Origin: Eledone cirrhosa
Taxonomy: Eukaryota
Length of the DNA: 64,000 nt
NCBI GenBank assembly: GCA_964016885.1
Contig: OZ024757.1
Span: forward strand, 13,950,001 to 14,014,000
Direction of reading: 5' to 3'
Part shown: one piece after another, positions 28,047 through 41,778 of the stretch
Numbering within the stretch: position 1 is the stretch's first letter
Layout of the letters: every line of letters starts with the position of its first letter
Position numbers and translations under genes: made by a program
The notes under the pieces: model-generated
What the model was told of the DNA's origin: nothing
Databases searched by the model: none
The model's input: only the letters and a program-made list of their open reading frames with translations

Positions 28047-28094
<48 letters not shown>

Positions 28095-28422
28095 TATATG
28101 TATATATACATATATATCTCTATATCTCTCTCTATATATATATATAGATATATGTATATATATATATATATATAGATATATGTATATATACATATATATC
28201 TCTATATCTCTCTCTATATATATATATAGATATATGTATATATATATATATATATAGATATATGTATATATACATATATATCTCTATATCTCTCTATATA
28301 TATATATATATGTATATATGTATATATATATATATGTATATATGTATATATATAGATATGTATATATGTAGATATATGTATATTATATATATATAGATAT
28401 ATGTATATATATAGATATATGT

Positions 28423-29574
28423 ATCATCATCATCATCATCACCGTTTTACGTCCGTTCTTCCACGCTAGCATGGGTTAGACGGGTTGTCCTGTTGTGGGC
28501 AGTGTCTGGTCGGCTGACCATGCCTTGCTCATACAGGAACTGATCTGGCTTGATTTCTACAGCTGGATGCCCTTCCTAACACCAACCTCATTTACAGTGA
28601 GTGCTGGGTGCTTTTTCGTGGCGCCTACACGTCCACTTTACAGTGTGGGCTGGGTGCTTTTTTGCCGTGGCACCTCCACGGCCACCTTGCGGTGGAGGGG
28701 GGGGGGGGCATATTGTTTATATGCTTCAGCATGTACCCATGGGAGGTCGGGTACCCTGTATTACTGCGTGACGCCAGAAGTCACGGTCGTGTGTCATTGA
28801 CTTTGAGAGGTGTAGTTGGGTAAGGTCGGCTTTTATCACCTCATCCCAAGTCATCTTGGGTCTCCCCACTCCGCGGTTTCCATCAACTTCTAGTGCTCTG
28901 CACCTTTTTATGCAGCTGTCATCCTTCATACGCATCACATGTCCATACCAGCGTAACCGCCTCTCCTGCACGCAGCATTTGATTCCTCTTATGCTCAGTC
29001 TCTCTCTCAATTCATTTATGCTTTGTCGTTCACGTATATTACTGTTACACATCCATCGGAGCATGCAGGCTTCGTTTCTCTCTAATCTACGTAAGTCTTC
29101 CACCTTCAGCGCCCAGGTCTCACTACCATGCAACATCGCTGTTCGGATACACGCATCATACAGTCTGCCTTTCATTCTGAGGGAGAAGCCTTTTGCAGCT
29201 AGCAGTGGTAGTAGTTCCCTAAACTTCTTCCATCCCGTTCTTACCCTAGTTATTGTACTTTCTGAGCACCCACCTCCGTTGCTAATTCGGTCACCTAGGT
29301 AGCAGAAGCTGTCTACTGTTTCTACAGGGCCCTCCCAGAGATTGGTGGTACTTGTTTCCTGTGGCTGTTTGCTTGCTGTTTCAGCACAGCTGCTGCATGT
29401 GAATCCTACATTCTTAATTAAGCTTCCTGAGATCCCGCTACATCTCTTGTGTACCCATTGTTTGCATTTGGGGCAAAGAATGGAGTTCCTACCTACACCT
29501 TTCCTACATACTGAGCAAGGCCATTTCCCTGAGGGGATCTGGGTTCTGTTTTCTCGTCTACTTATAAGGACCAT
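28423..29574 (-). mobile_element. RTE-type LINE 3' fragment; open frame 28726-29574 (PHD-like finger + ORF2 C-terminus)
   Basis: C4HC3 pattern, [25 protein letters not shown] and GRPKMTW; (GAT)n tail. Confidence 0.88.
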
Positions 29575-30325
29575 GTATATTATATATATATAGATATATG
29601 TATATATATAGATATATGTATATTGTATATATATAGATATATGTATATTATATATATATAGATATATGTATATATATAGATATATAGATATACATATGTA
29701 TATATATATATAGTATGTATATGGAGGCACATGGCTTAGTGGTTAGAGCATTGGCCTTGCAATCGAAAGGTTGTGAGTTCAAGTCTTGAGCAAGACACTT
29801 TATTTCACATTGCTCCAGTTTACTCAGCTGTAGAAATGAGATGATATGGACTTGAGTCCCTATCATTCCACTGCAAAGTGGTCGTGGAGGTGCCACGGCA
29901 AAAAAAAGCACCCAGCACTCACTGTAAATGAGGTTGGTGTTAGGAAGGGCATCCAGCTGTAGAAATCAAGCCAGAATCAGTTCCCGTCCCACCCTTGCAA
30001 GCAGGGAAAAGTGGACGTAAAATGAAATGATGATGATGATGATGTATATATATATATATATAGATATAGATATATGTATATATATATATAGATATACATA
30101 TGTATATATATATAGTATATATATATATATGTATATAGATATAGATATATGTATATATATATATATATAGATATACATATGTATATATATATATAGTATA
30201 TATATGTATATACATATGTATATATATATATAGTATATATATGTATATACATATATATATATAGATATAGATATATGTATATAGATATAGATATATGTAT
30301 ATAGATATATATATACATATATCTA

Positions 30326-30363
<38 letters not shown>

Positions 30364-32688
30364 AGCCAGAATCAGTTCCCGTATGAGCAAGACAATGTCA
30401 GCCGACCAGACACCACCCACAACAGGACAACCCGTCTAACCCATGCTAGCGTGGAAGAACGACGCAAAACGGTGATGATGATGATATCATATATATATAT
30501 ATATATATATAAATCTTTTCTTTGGTGCCATTTCCTGGGACTCCCTGACCACCCCCTCCATTTTTCCCCCTCTTCCTCTTACTACTTGGGCCATTGACTA
30601 CATCCTTCCTGTCTCCACTCTCCCTCTCCATCTCTCCCTCTTTCTCTCTCTCTCCCTCCCCCCTCTGCCCTCTCTCTCTTCCTCCATGACATACCAATGC
30701 CACTTAGTTACTTAGTAAGCTTATAATATTGAACCACCGACACCACCACACCATTGTGACCCATGCCACCATCACCAACACCACCTTCACCACTACCACC
30801 ACTAGCAGCAACACCACTACCATCTCGAAACCACCATCTCACCGACTACACCAGTACCGTCAGCAACCATCATCACCACCACCACCACCACCACCACCAC
30901 CACCACCACCACCACCACCAACCATTGTCACCAATACTGCTACCATCACCACTGACAACAACCCTATCACTAACATTACTGCTACCACTACCATCACGAT
31001 TATTACTACCACTACCACCACTACCATTACTACTACTATTACTACCACCATGACAATGTCAGCTTCTATGTGGAGGTGAGAAAGAACTTATCAACATCTT
31101 CCTGTTGTTGTTTGTGATGGGAGTTTTATTAGTTCTGACATCGTTGCTGATGTCACAGATTTTCTCAAACTACTCATACAACAACAAAAACAACAATACA
31201 GCACTAATCAACAAAGATGTCTGCTAGACATAGCAGCTAAATTGTCCTCAAATCACAGCCAACTTTACTGTCTTAAAAAAAAAAATTAAAAAAAAACTCT
31301 CTCAACGGGACAAGATATTGTTGAGATAATACTTCAAAATAATACAACTAAGGAGAGATGGTCATGATTGGATCATAATGACTGCTTAATCAGAACTCAC
31401 CTATACCTAAACAACAACAAAAGACAGGTCTGTTCAAACAGAGACCACTTCTGACTAAGTAATAACAACACAACCACGGGACTGGACAAGAAAAAATATA
31501 TTTAACTTGATCAATACAAATTCAAAAATACCTAAACACATTTCAAACACTGTCCCCAAAACTCCTATTCATCGCCCCTGGGTTTAAACAAAAACAACAC
31601 ATACACACAAAATTTAAACAAAAAAAAATAAACCCACAAAAGCTAGTGTGAAGAAGACAAAAATATATTAAAAATTTTTTCAGAAAACAGAAATAACAAT
31701 AGAAGAAATATTTCCAAACTAAAATTCTTAAAAACAAAAAATATATATATACCCCTACCCCCCTCACAAAAAACAAACAAACAAGAAAAACACACACACA
31801 CACACACACACACTGATACAAAACCACCAAAGTCTTCCTTAACCCTTTTCACTTCTGATATTTCTTAAGAAGAAGACACTGGCTATGATTTGCAAACCAT
31901 TTTGAAATTAATGAAGAATTTTGAGAGATTTAGTAATATAACTGACTTTCTCATTATTAATTATTAAGCCGACATTTTTGGAGCATAACTTAACAAAGGT
32001 TCTTGCATAAAATTATGATGGAAGGGTTTTAGATAAATATAAAAAACTTTAAAACAAACCCTTTTGTATCATAGGACCCGGGCTGGTGTCAAACAGTTTC
32101 ATATCAAATGGATTAATTTAATAACAACAACAACAACAACAGTAACAACATCAACAAGAAACCCAAATTTTGACCAAAAAAAGAAAAAAAAACATTATGG
32201 AACTATCATGGACATAGAAAAATTTCAAGAAGGGTTATTTGCCTTTCATCCTTTTGGGGTCGATAAAATAAAGTACCAGTATCAAACTGGACTCGATATA
32301 ATCGACTTCCCCCCTCCCCCCTTTAAAGTGCTGCCCTTGTGCCAAAAGTAGAAACAGTTATTATATGTTGTGGTGTGACATATTGGTTAGGGTCAGATTG
32401 TTAGTGAAATAACAAATAACGGGTGGTCATATATACACATACTCACTCACCCTCTCTTTGTTTCTCTCTCTATACGTATATAGACATATATATATATAGA
32501 CATCTATATATATATATATATGTCTCTATATATATATATATATAGACATATATCTATATCTATATAGAGAGAGAGACACACACATATATATATATATATA
32601 GACATATCTATATCTCTCTCTATATATATAGACATATCTATCTCTCTATATATATATAAAGGCATATCTATATATATATATCTAGACA

Positions 32689-32719
<31 letters not shown>

Positions 32720-33180
32720 AAATATATAGACCTCCCCTTTTGTCATTGTTAGGTTTGTTGGTAAATCGTTGTCACAGTAAACCCTACTAACCCTACATAC
32801 ACCATCATATATCTATTGTTTGTTCGCACTTATTGTCCACCACCACTATACAATACATGTTACTTATTGACCACACCATACCACATCATACCATCTGTAC
32901 CATCCACATCGTACCATACAGTACAATACCTCACCATACCATACCATACCATACCATAACATAACACATTATACAATACCTCACCATAGCATACCATAAC
33001 ACAATACCATACCATACCATACCACACCATACCATACCAGTTTGTCTTCTACACTTATCTGTACCTGGACCATACCATTCCAACCATTCGGAGTAACACG
33101 ATGAAGTTTACCATTCACTTAGTCTATTATATTTTGCTGCAGTTTGGATCTTTACCATTTCCAGGTGGGATTACAGCTTT

Positions 33181-33439
33181 TTGTTGTTATTGTTGTTGAT
33201 GTGGTTGTTGTTGTTGTAGGCGTTGGTGTTGATGTTGGTAGTGTTGTTGTTGTTGTAGGCATTGGTGTTGATGTTGGTAGTGTTGTTGTTGGTGTTGTTG
33301 TTGTAGGCATTGGTGTTGATGTTGGTAGTGTTGTTGTTGTTGTTGGTGTTGTTGTTGTAGGCATTGGTGTTGATGTTGGTAGTGTTGTTGTTGTTGTTGT
33401 AGGCATTGGTGTTGATGTTGGTAGTGTTGTTGTTGTTGG

Positions 33440-33470
<31 letters not shown>

Positions 33471-33800
33471 GGTGTTGTTGTTGTTGTTGGTGGTGTTGTT
33501 GGTGGTGTTGTTGTTGTTGTTGGTGTTGGTAGTGTTGGTGTTGGTGTTGTTGTTGTAGGCATTGGTGTTAATGTTGTTGTTGTTGTTGTAGGCATTGGTG
33601 GTGTTGTTGTTGTTGTTGTAGGCATTGGTGTTAATGTTGTTGGTAGTGTTGTTGTTGTTTTCATTGGTGGTGGTGGTGGTGTCGGTGGTTTGGGCAATGT
33701 GGTTGTTGTTGTTGTTGTTGTTGTTGTAGATGCTGATTGCTATTTCTTGTTATTGGTTGTTGTGATTGTTTTGTTGTTAATATTGTGATTGTTGTTGGTG
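33181..33800. repeat. (GTT)n compound trinucleotide repeat
   Basis: Direct reading. Confidence 0.9.
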
Positions 33801-33814
33801 ATTTGATAATTGTT

Positions 33815-33892
<78 letters not shown>

Positions 33893-34105
33893 CTATCTCT
33901 CTCTCTCTCTCTCTCTCTCATGCACACATGATACCCCCCTCACTATCATCTATACCCCCCCCCCCCCCATATACATCTGTCCTGCTCCAGTATGGCCCTG
34001 GAATTATGGTTGGACATGCAGAATAGGATACAGTGAGATAGTGGGAGGATGTGTGTAACCCCAAGGAAGATTTGATCTGTGCCCCCCCCCCCTTCTATGG
34101 GGAAG

Positions 34106-34352
34106 GCCATGTGTGTGGCCCCAGGAGAGGACGTGTGTGTGGCCCCAGGGGAGGACGTGTGTGTGGCCCCAGGGGAGGACGTGTGTGTGGCCCCAGGGGA
34201 GGATATGTGTGTGGCCCCATGGGAGGATGTGTGTGGCCCCGGGGGGGGGGACGTGTGTGTGGCCCCAGGAGAGGACGTGTGTGGCCCCAGGGGAGGATGT
34301 GTGGCCCTGGGGGAGGACGTGTGTGTGGCCCCGGGGGAGGACGCGTGTGTGG
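34106..34352. repeat. ~24-bp GC-rich minisatellite (gtgtgtggccccaggggaggac)
   Basis: About 10 tandem copies. Confidence 0.9.
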
Positions 34353-34429
34353 ACATCTGTAGGTATGTGTTGTGTTGAAGACTTGTTGGTGGGTTTCATA
34401 GGACTATGATGATGATTACAGTGATTATA

Positions 34430-36150
34430 ATAGTGGTGATAATGGTGGTGATGATGATGATGATAATATTGGTGGTGGTGATAGTGGTGGTGGTGGTGAT
34501 ATTGGTGGTGGTGGTGATATTGGTGGTGGTGATATTGGTGGTGGTGGTGATATTGGTGGTGGTGATAGTGGTGGTGGTGATGATATTGGTGGTGGTGATG
34601 ATATTGGTGGTGGTGATGATATTGGTGGTGGTGGTGATATTGGTGGTGGTGGTGATATTGGTGGTGGTGATGATATTGGTGGTGGTGGTGATATTGGTGG
34701 TGGTGATGATATTGGTGGTGGTGATGATATTGGTGGTGGTGGTGATATTGGTGGTGGTGGTGATATTGGTGGTGGTGATGATATTGGTGGTGGTGGTGAT
34801 ATTGGTGGTGGTGATGATATTGGTGGTGGTGGTGATATTGGTGGTGGTGATGATATTGGTGGTGGTGGTGATATTGGTGGTGGTGGTGGTGGTGATATTG
34901 GTGGTGGTGATGATATTGGTGGTGGTGGTGATATTGGTGGTGATGATATTGGTGGTGGTGGTGATAGTGGTGGTGGTGATGATATTGGTGGTGGTGATGA
35001 TATTGGTGGTGGTGGTGATATTGGTGGTGGTGATGATATTGGTGGTGGTGGTGATATTGGTGGTGGTGATGATATTGGTGGTGGTGGTGATATTGGTGGT
35101 GGTGGTGATATTGGTGGTGGTGGTGATATTGGTGGTGGTGGTGATATTGGTGGTGGTGATGATATTGGTGGTGGTGGTGATATTGGTGGTGGTGGTGATA
35201 TTGGTGGTGGTGATAGTGGTGGTGGTGATGATATTGGTGGTGGTGGTGATATTGGTGGTGGTGATGATATTGGTGGTGGTGATAGTGGTGGTGGTGATGA
35301 TATTGGTGGTGGTGGTGATATTGGTGGTGGTGATGATATTGGTGGTGGTGATAGTGGTGGTGGTGATGATATTGGTGGTGGTGATAGTGGTGGTGGTGAT
35401 GATATTGGTGGTGGTGGTGATATTGGTGGTGGTGATGATATTGGTGGTGGTGGTGATATTGGTGGTGGTGATGATATTGGTGGTGGTGGTGATATTGGTG
35501 GTGGTGGTGATATTGGTGGTGGTGGTGATATTGGTGGTGGTGGTGGTGGTGATATTGGTGGTGGTGGTGATATTGGTGGTGGTGGTGGTGGTGATATTGG
35601 TGGTGGTGATGATATTGGTGGTGGTGGTGATATTGGTGGTGGTGGTGATATTGGTGGTGGTGATAGTGGTGGTGGTGATGATATTGGTGGTGGTGGTGAT
35701 ATTGGTGGTGGTGGTGATATTGGTGGTGGTGGTGGTGGTGATATTGGTGGTGGTGGTGATATTGGTGGTGGTGGTGATATTGGTGGTGGTGGTGGTGGTG
35801 ATATTGGTGGTGGTGATGATATTGGTGGTGGTGATGATATTGGTGGTGGTGGTGATAGTGGTGGTGGTGATGATATTGGTGGTGGTGATGATATTGGTGG
35901 TGGTGGTGGTGGTGGTGGTGATATTGGTGGTGGTGATGATATTGGTGGTGGTGGTGATATTGGTGGTGGTGATGATATTGGTGGTGGTGGTGGTGGTGAT
36001 ATTGGTGGTGGTGGTGATATTGGTGGTGGTGATAGTGGTGGTGGTGATGATATTGGTAGTGGTGGTGATATTGGTGGTGATGATATTGGTGGTGGTGATA
36101 TTGGTGGTGGTGGTGATAGTGGTGATGGTGGTATTGGTGGTGGTGGAGAT
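34430..36150. repeat. (GGT)nGATATT compound repeat
   Basis: Direct reading; units are mostly 18-21 bp. Confidence 0.95.
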
Positions 36151-36272
36151 GGTAATGTCTGTGATGATGATATTTTGGTTGATACTATGAAGATGGTTGT
36201 AGCAGTCTTCACCTATTTTCTGGTCTACCAGCAGCACCTCCCACCCAAAACAACCATCTCACCCCTCCTCTG

Positions 36273-36306
<34 letters not shown>

Positions 36307-36973
36307 CATATATACATATCATCATCATCATCATCATCATTTTACGTCCGCTTTTCCCTGCTTGCAAGGGTGGGGCGGGAACTGATTCTGGCTTGATTTC
36401 TACAGCTGGATGCCCTTCCTAACACCAACCTCATTTACAGTGAGTGCTGGGTGCTTTTTTGTCGTGGCACCTCCATGACCACTTTGCAGTGGAATGATAG
36501 GGACCCCAGTCCTATCATCTCATTTCTACAACTGAGTAAACTGGAGCAATGTGAAATAAAGTGTCTTGCTCAAGGAAACAACACATCACCCGGTCTGAGA
36601 ATTGAACTCACAACCTTTCGATTGCAAGGCCAATGCTCTAACCACTAAGCCATGTGCCTCTATATAAATATATATGTGTGTGTGTATGAATGTGTGTATG
36701 TGTGTATGTATGCATGTAGATGTGTGTGTAGGTATGTATGTGTGTAGGTATGTATGTGTATGTAGGTATGTATGTGTGTAGGTATGCAGGTATGTATGTA
36801 TGTATGTATGTAGGTGTGTGTGTGTGTGTGTGTATGTAGGTATGTATGTATGTATGTAGGTGTGTGTATGAATGTATGTGTACACATATGTATGTAGGTG
36901 TGTGTATATGAATGTATGTGTGTACGCACATGTAGGTGTGTGTATATATGTATATTATGTTTGTATGTACGTG

Positions 36974-37027
<54 letters not shown>

Positions 37028-37540
37028 AAAACCACAGGCACCAGGCCACAATCTCTGTCTCTCTTGATTCCCACCCCACCATCAAAGTTTAACAATGACC
37101 CTCATTCAGTCACCAAAATACATATGATGACCCCTGCAACCTCTTTAATCCAATCAAATATGTTATCATACAATGTATTATTATTGTTGATGATGATGAT
37201 GATGATGTCCCTTCCTCAAACACCCCCTCTCTCTCTCTCTCCATCCCATTGCTAATAAGGAAATTATTATTATTGTTCATGTTATTGTTGTTGGTGTTGT
37301 TGTTATTGTTGTTGCTATATGTTACTGTTCTCTGTTCTGTAAAGTGGTCTTGTCTGCCATGATGGGAGATATTGTAGAAGGTGGGGGAGGGGGGCATTGT
37401 AGGTGTGTGGGGAGAGGGGGGCTGACTACTCATTCATGCAAACTGTCTCTTTCTAATGCATACACACACACACTTACAAGCACACACACACATTTACACA
37501 CTGACAATCATTTGCACACTCATATACATATGTCTAGTTA

Positions 37541-37582
<42 letters not shown>

Positions 37583-37752
37583 CAAAGGGATATTTAATTT
37601 GCTGGTAATTCAAGAAATATATATATTTATAACTGATTCGAAGCACTCAACAGATTTTCTGGAGTATAATATCAATGATATTAATAAATGGAAACTATAT
37701 TTAATAGAATAAATATGGTTTTATAAATATAGTTTCCATTTACTACTATCAT

Positions 37753-37808
<56 letters not shown>

Positions 37809-37981
37809 GGGAACAAGTATGACCCCGACGGCAGAGCTCAAGCCGTTTCGAAATAGCCGTCAAAACGGCTTGAGCTCTGCCGTCGGGGTCATACTTGTTC
37901 CTATTACCCACTCTACTACCCTAAGTATTGAGTACTGTGGTGCGTTATGGACCATCTGGTTCCTTACCACAATTCCTTCAT

Positions 37982-38031
<50 letters not shown>

Positions 38032-38038
38032 TGTGCTT

Positions 38039-38071
<33 letters not shown>

Positions 38072-38474
38072 CATCATCATCATTTCATTTTATGTCCGCT
38101 TTTTCCCTGCTTGCAAGGGTGGGACAGGAACTGATTCTGGCTTGATTTCTACAGCTGGATGCCCTTCCTAACTTTTTGCCGTGGCACCTCCACGACCACT
38201 TTGCATTTCTGCAGCTGAGTAAACTGGAGCAATGTGAAATAAAGTGTCTTGCTCAAGGAAACAACACATCACCCGGTCTGAGAATTGAACTCACAACCTT
38301 TCGATTGCAAGCCCAATGCTCTAACCACTAAGCCATGTGCCTCCATTATATAAAAAGCACACATACACATTTACCTTCACATAACATTCATACACACATG
38401 TATGTATATTTCTATGTATAAGTGTGTGCATGCATGTATATATATATATGTATGTGTATATGTATATATATACA

Positions 38475-38518
<44 letters not shown>

Positions 38519-38756
38519 GAACGATCGACTTTTTTGTCAAATCGGACCGAGGGAACAATGTTTCCGTTGGTCTTTCCAATTGCTAATACTATCTATCGGT
38601 CGCAACTCCAGGTAGAAGGAGCAACGTGAAATAAAGTGTCTTGCTCAAGGACATAACGCATCGCCTGGTCCAGGAATCGAACTCACAACCTTACGATTGC
38701 GAATACAATTCTCTAACCACTCAGCCACACGCCTATATATATATATATATATATAT

Positions 38757-39655
38757 TGACCTCACACACTTACACCTCTCCAAGACAATGTCACTGGACC
38801 GAGACCTTTGGCGGTACTCAGTAATAGAGAAGACCCACCTTACCTAAATACAAAGTAAAACCTACTACAGCCAGTAGGCATCTCTAACAAAATACCCCCC
38901 CCCTCCACCCCACCCACACCGCCCCTTCAATGTAAAGTTATGTTGGTGCCACAACATCCAGGCCGAAACAAATGAGATCGTGTAGACACAGTCCACGCTG
39001 TAATGTGGCCGTGTAGGCAACACAGTAAAAACCCCCCAGCCCTATACTGTAAATGTGGTTGGTGTTAGGAAGGGCATCCAGCTGTAGAAAACCTGCCAGA
39101 CAGTCCACGCTGTAATGTGGCCGTGTAGGCAACACAGTAAAAACCTCCCAGACCCACACTGTAAATGTGGTTGGTGTTAGGAAGGGCATCCAGCTGTAGA
39201 AAACCCTGCCAGACAGTCCACGCTGTAATGTGGCCGTGTAGGCAACACAGTAAAAACCTCCCAGACCCACACTGTAAATGTGGTTGGTGTTAGGAAGGGC
39301 ATCCAGCTGTAGAAAACCCTGCCAGACAGTCCACGCTGTAATGTGGCCGTGTAGGCAACACAGTAAAAACCTCCCAGACCCACACTGTAAATGTGGTTGG
39401 TGTTAGGAAGGGCATCCAGCTGTAGAAAACCTGCCAGACAGTCCACGCTGTAATGTGGCCGTGTAGGCAACACAGTAAAAACCTCCCAGACCCACACTGT
39501 AAATGTGGTTGGTGTTAGGAAGGGCATCCAACTGTAGAAAACCTGCCAGACAGTCCTATGCGAGCAAGACAACCACTCTTGCCTCAAGTGGGAAAACCCC
39601 CGTCCAAACCCATGCAAGCGTGGAACACGGACGTTAAACGTTGATGATGATGATG
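38757..39655 (+). mobile_element. RTE-type LINE 3' end with internal ~119-bp tandem amplification
   Basis: Same family as 7346-7971. The segment cagtccacgctg...cctgccaga is repeated about 5 times. Confidence 0.85.
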
Positions 39656-39773
39656 TGTGTGTGTACTCACAAATGTTAGTTTGCAAATAAAAGAAGATAG
39701 ATAGTATTCAATACATGATGTTTAGTTTACACATCGGTTAAGTCAGACATACACACACATATATATATATATA

Positions 39774-39862
39774 TAGGAAAAGAGTCAGGACCCCCTGAAC
39801 AGTTCGGATCTAGCTGTCGAAACGGCCGGAGCTCAGCCGTCGGGGTCCTGACTCTTTTCCTA
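39774..39862 (+). ncRNA. Degenerate hammerhead motif with 21-bp closing stem
   Basis: taggaaaagagtcaggacccc-CTGAAC(truncated core)-agtt..agctgtc-GAAA-cggc..gccg-TC-ggggtcctgactcttttccta. Confidence 0.55.
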
Positions 39863-39990
39863 TCCTATTACCCATTCTACTACCCTTAGTATCGAGTACT
39901 CTGGTATGTTATGGTCCACCTGTTTCTTACCACACTTTTTTTGTTCTGTTATATATATAATTGCTGGCCTTGTGCCAAAAGTAGAAACAG

Positions 39991-40031
<41 letters not shown>

Positions 40032-40034
40032 ATT

Positions 40035-40125
<91 letters not shown>

Positions 40126-40147
40126 ACACTTCTAATTTGTTTTGCAG

Positions 40148-40261
40148 GGTTTGATGGTGTCACATGTGCGCAAGACATTGATGAGTGCGCATCGAATCCA
40201 TGTCAGAATGGGGCTCGGTGTGAAGACAGACAGAATGAGTTCCAATGCCACTGTCCACCAG
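40148..40261 (+). CDS. Notch: Notch exon, EGF13
   Basis: Boundaries tttgcag| and |gtaag, 114 nt, phase 1/1. Encodes [39 protein letters not shown], continuing EGF12 directly across a ~23.5 kb intron. Confidence 0.93.
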
Positions 40262-40299
40262 GTAAGATACTTTCATTGATTCTAAAATCTGTCTCAAAC

Positions 40300-41258
40300 C
40301 ATTAGGCTCGTGGTGAGAGTACAAGATTTCCCTTGGACAGGACACCAGTCCATTGTAGGGTTATAGTCTGTCTCAAGCTATTTAAGGTTCGTTAGGCTTG
40401 TGGCGAGAGTCAAGACTTCCCCCTAGACAGGACACTAGTCCACTGCAGGGTTCAAGTGTCTCAAGCCATTTAAGGCTCATTAGACCGGTGCTTATCCCGG
40501 TTTCGTGGTGAGAGTATAAGACTTCCCCCTGGACAGGACACCAGTCCACTGCAGGGTTCAAGTGTCTCAAGCCATTTAAGGCTCATTAGACCGGTGCTTA
40601 TCCCGGTTTCGTGGTGAGAGTATAAGACTTCCCCCTGGACAGGACACCAGTCCACTGCAGGGTTCAAGTGTCTCAAGCCATTTAAGGCTCATTAGACCGG
40701 TGCTTATCCCGGTTTCGTGGTGAGAGTATAAGACTTCTCCCTGGACAGGACACCAGTCCATTGCAGGGTTAAAGTCTGTCTGAAGCCAGAAGACTCGTTA
40801 AGCTGGTACTTATCCTGGTTTCATGGCATGAAGCGACTGAGAGTAAAAGACTTCCTCCTGGACAGGACACCAGTCCATCACAAAGTTACAGTCTGTTTCA
40901 AGCCAAAAGGCATCATCAGGCTGGTGCTTATCCGTGTGTGAAGCGACTGAGTACAAGACTTCCCCCTGGACAGGATGCCAGTCCATCGCAGGGTTAAAGT
41001 CTCTCAAGCCAGGAGTCTCATTAGGCTGATGCTTATCCCAGTTTCGTGGCGTGAAGCGACTGAGAGTACATGACAGGCTGCCAGTCCCTCACAAGGTTAA
41101 CCCCCCTGCTATATTGCTGGTACTCATTTTCAGCTGAGTATACTGGATCAACGTGAAATGAAGTGTTTTGCCCAAGAACACACCAAGCAACCCAGCTCAG
41201 GAGTCAAACCCACGACCTTATGATCGTAAGTCCAACACCCTTACCACTAGGCCACGCG
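40300..41258 (-). mobile_element. tRNA-SINE with ~106-bp tandemly amplified 3' region
   Basis: tRNA-like head near 41200-41258 on the minus strand. The unit caggacaccagtccactgcagggttcaag... is repeated about 7 times. A related copy lies at 45756-46076(+). Confidence 0.7.
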
Positions 41259-41778
41259 ATACTCTCATTGATTAAAAAATAATTTTTCTTTCTTTCTTGC
41301 TTACCCTTCTGAAACTTGTAGGGGATAATAGTATAGGGTAGTTCAAGGGTGGGCTCAAAGGTTCATAGGTTGACTATGAAGGAGTGATGCTAGAGCTGTG
41401 AAATCTTGCATGCATTAATTTCAACTCTTCTTATAAATAACTGCATTGTTTCTTTCCTGGGACCATGTTGAAAAATAGACCTCATTTAGTCATTGCATAA
41501 GAGTATCTTGGTCAGACTATGAAGGAGTGATGCTAGGGCTGTGAAATATTGCATACATTAATTTCAACTCTTCTTATTAGTCACTGTTAAAGAAACAATG
41601 CAGTTATGAAGTCGAAAAATAAACCTCATTTGGTCATTCCATGATAGTATCATGGTCAGACAATGAACTTTTCACCCCCCCCCCCCCCCCCGAGTAGGAG
41701 TACAGGGTAGTGGTAGTGGGAGTATAAGGTAGTAGGGGGAGTATTTCAACTCCTCGTAATTTCTAACCCTATACTTAT

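Noticed and set aside
31050-31082. HES-like MWR(PW) C-terminus before a gtgag donor
   Set aside because: No bHLH/Orange sequence or matching next exon was found; the upstream sequence is trinucleotide repeat.
16634-40147. Missing or extra EGF exon in the 23.5-kb intron
   Set aside because: The flanking exons join in frame and follow the canonical Notch EGF12-13 order; no other Cys-patterned exon was seen.
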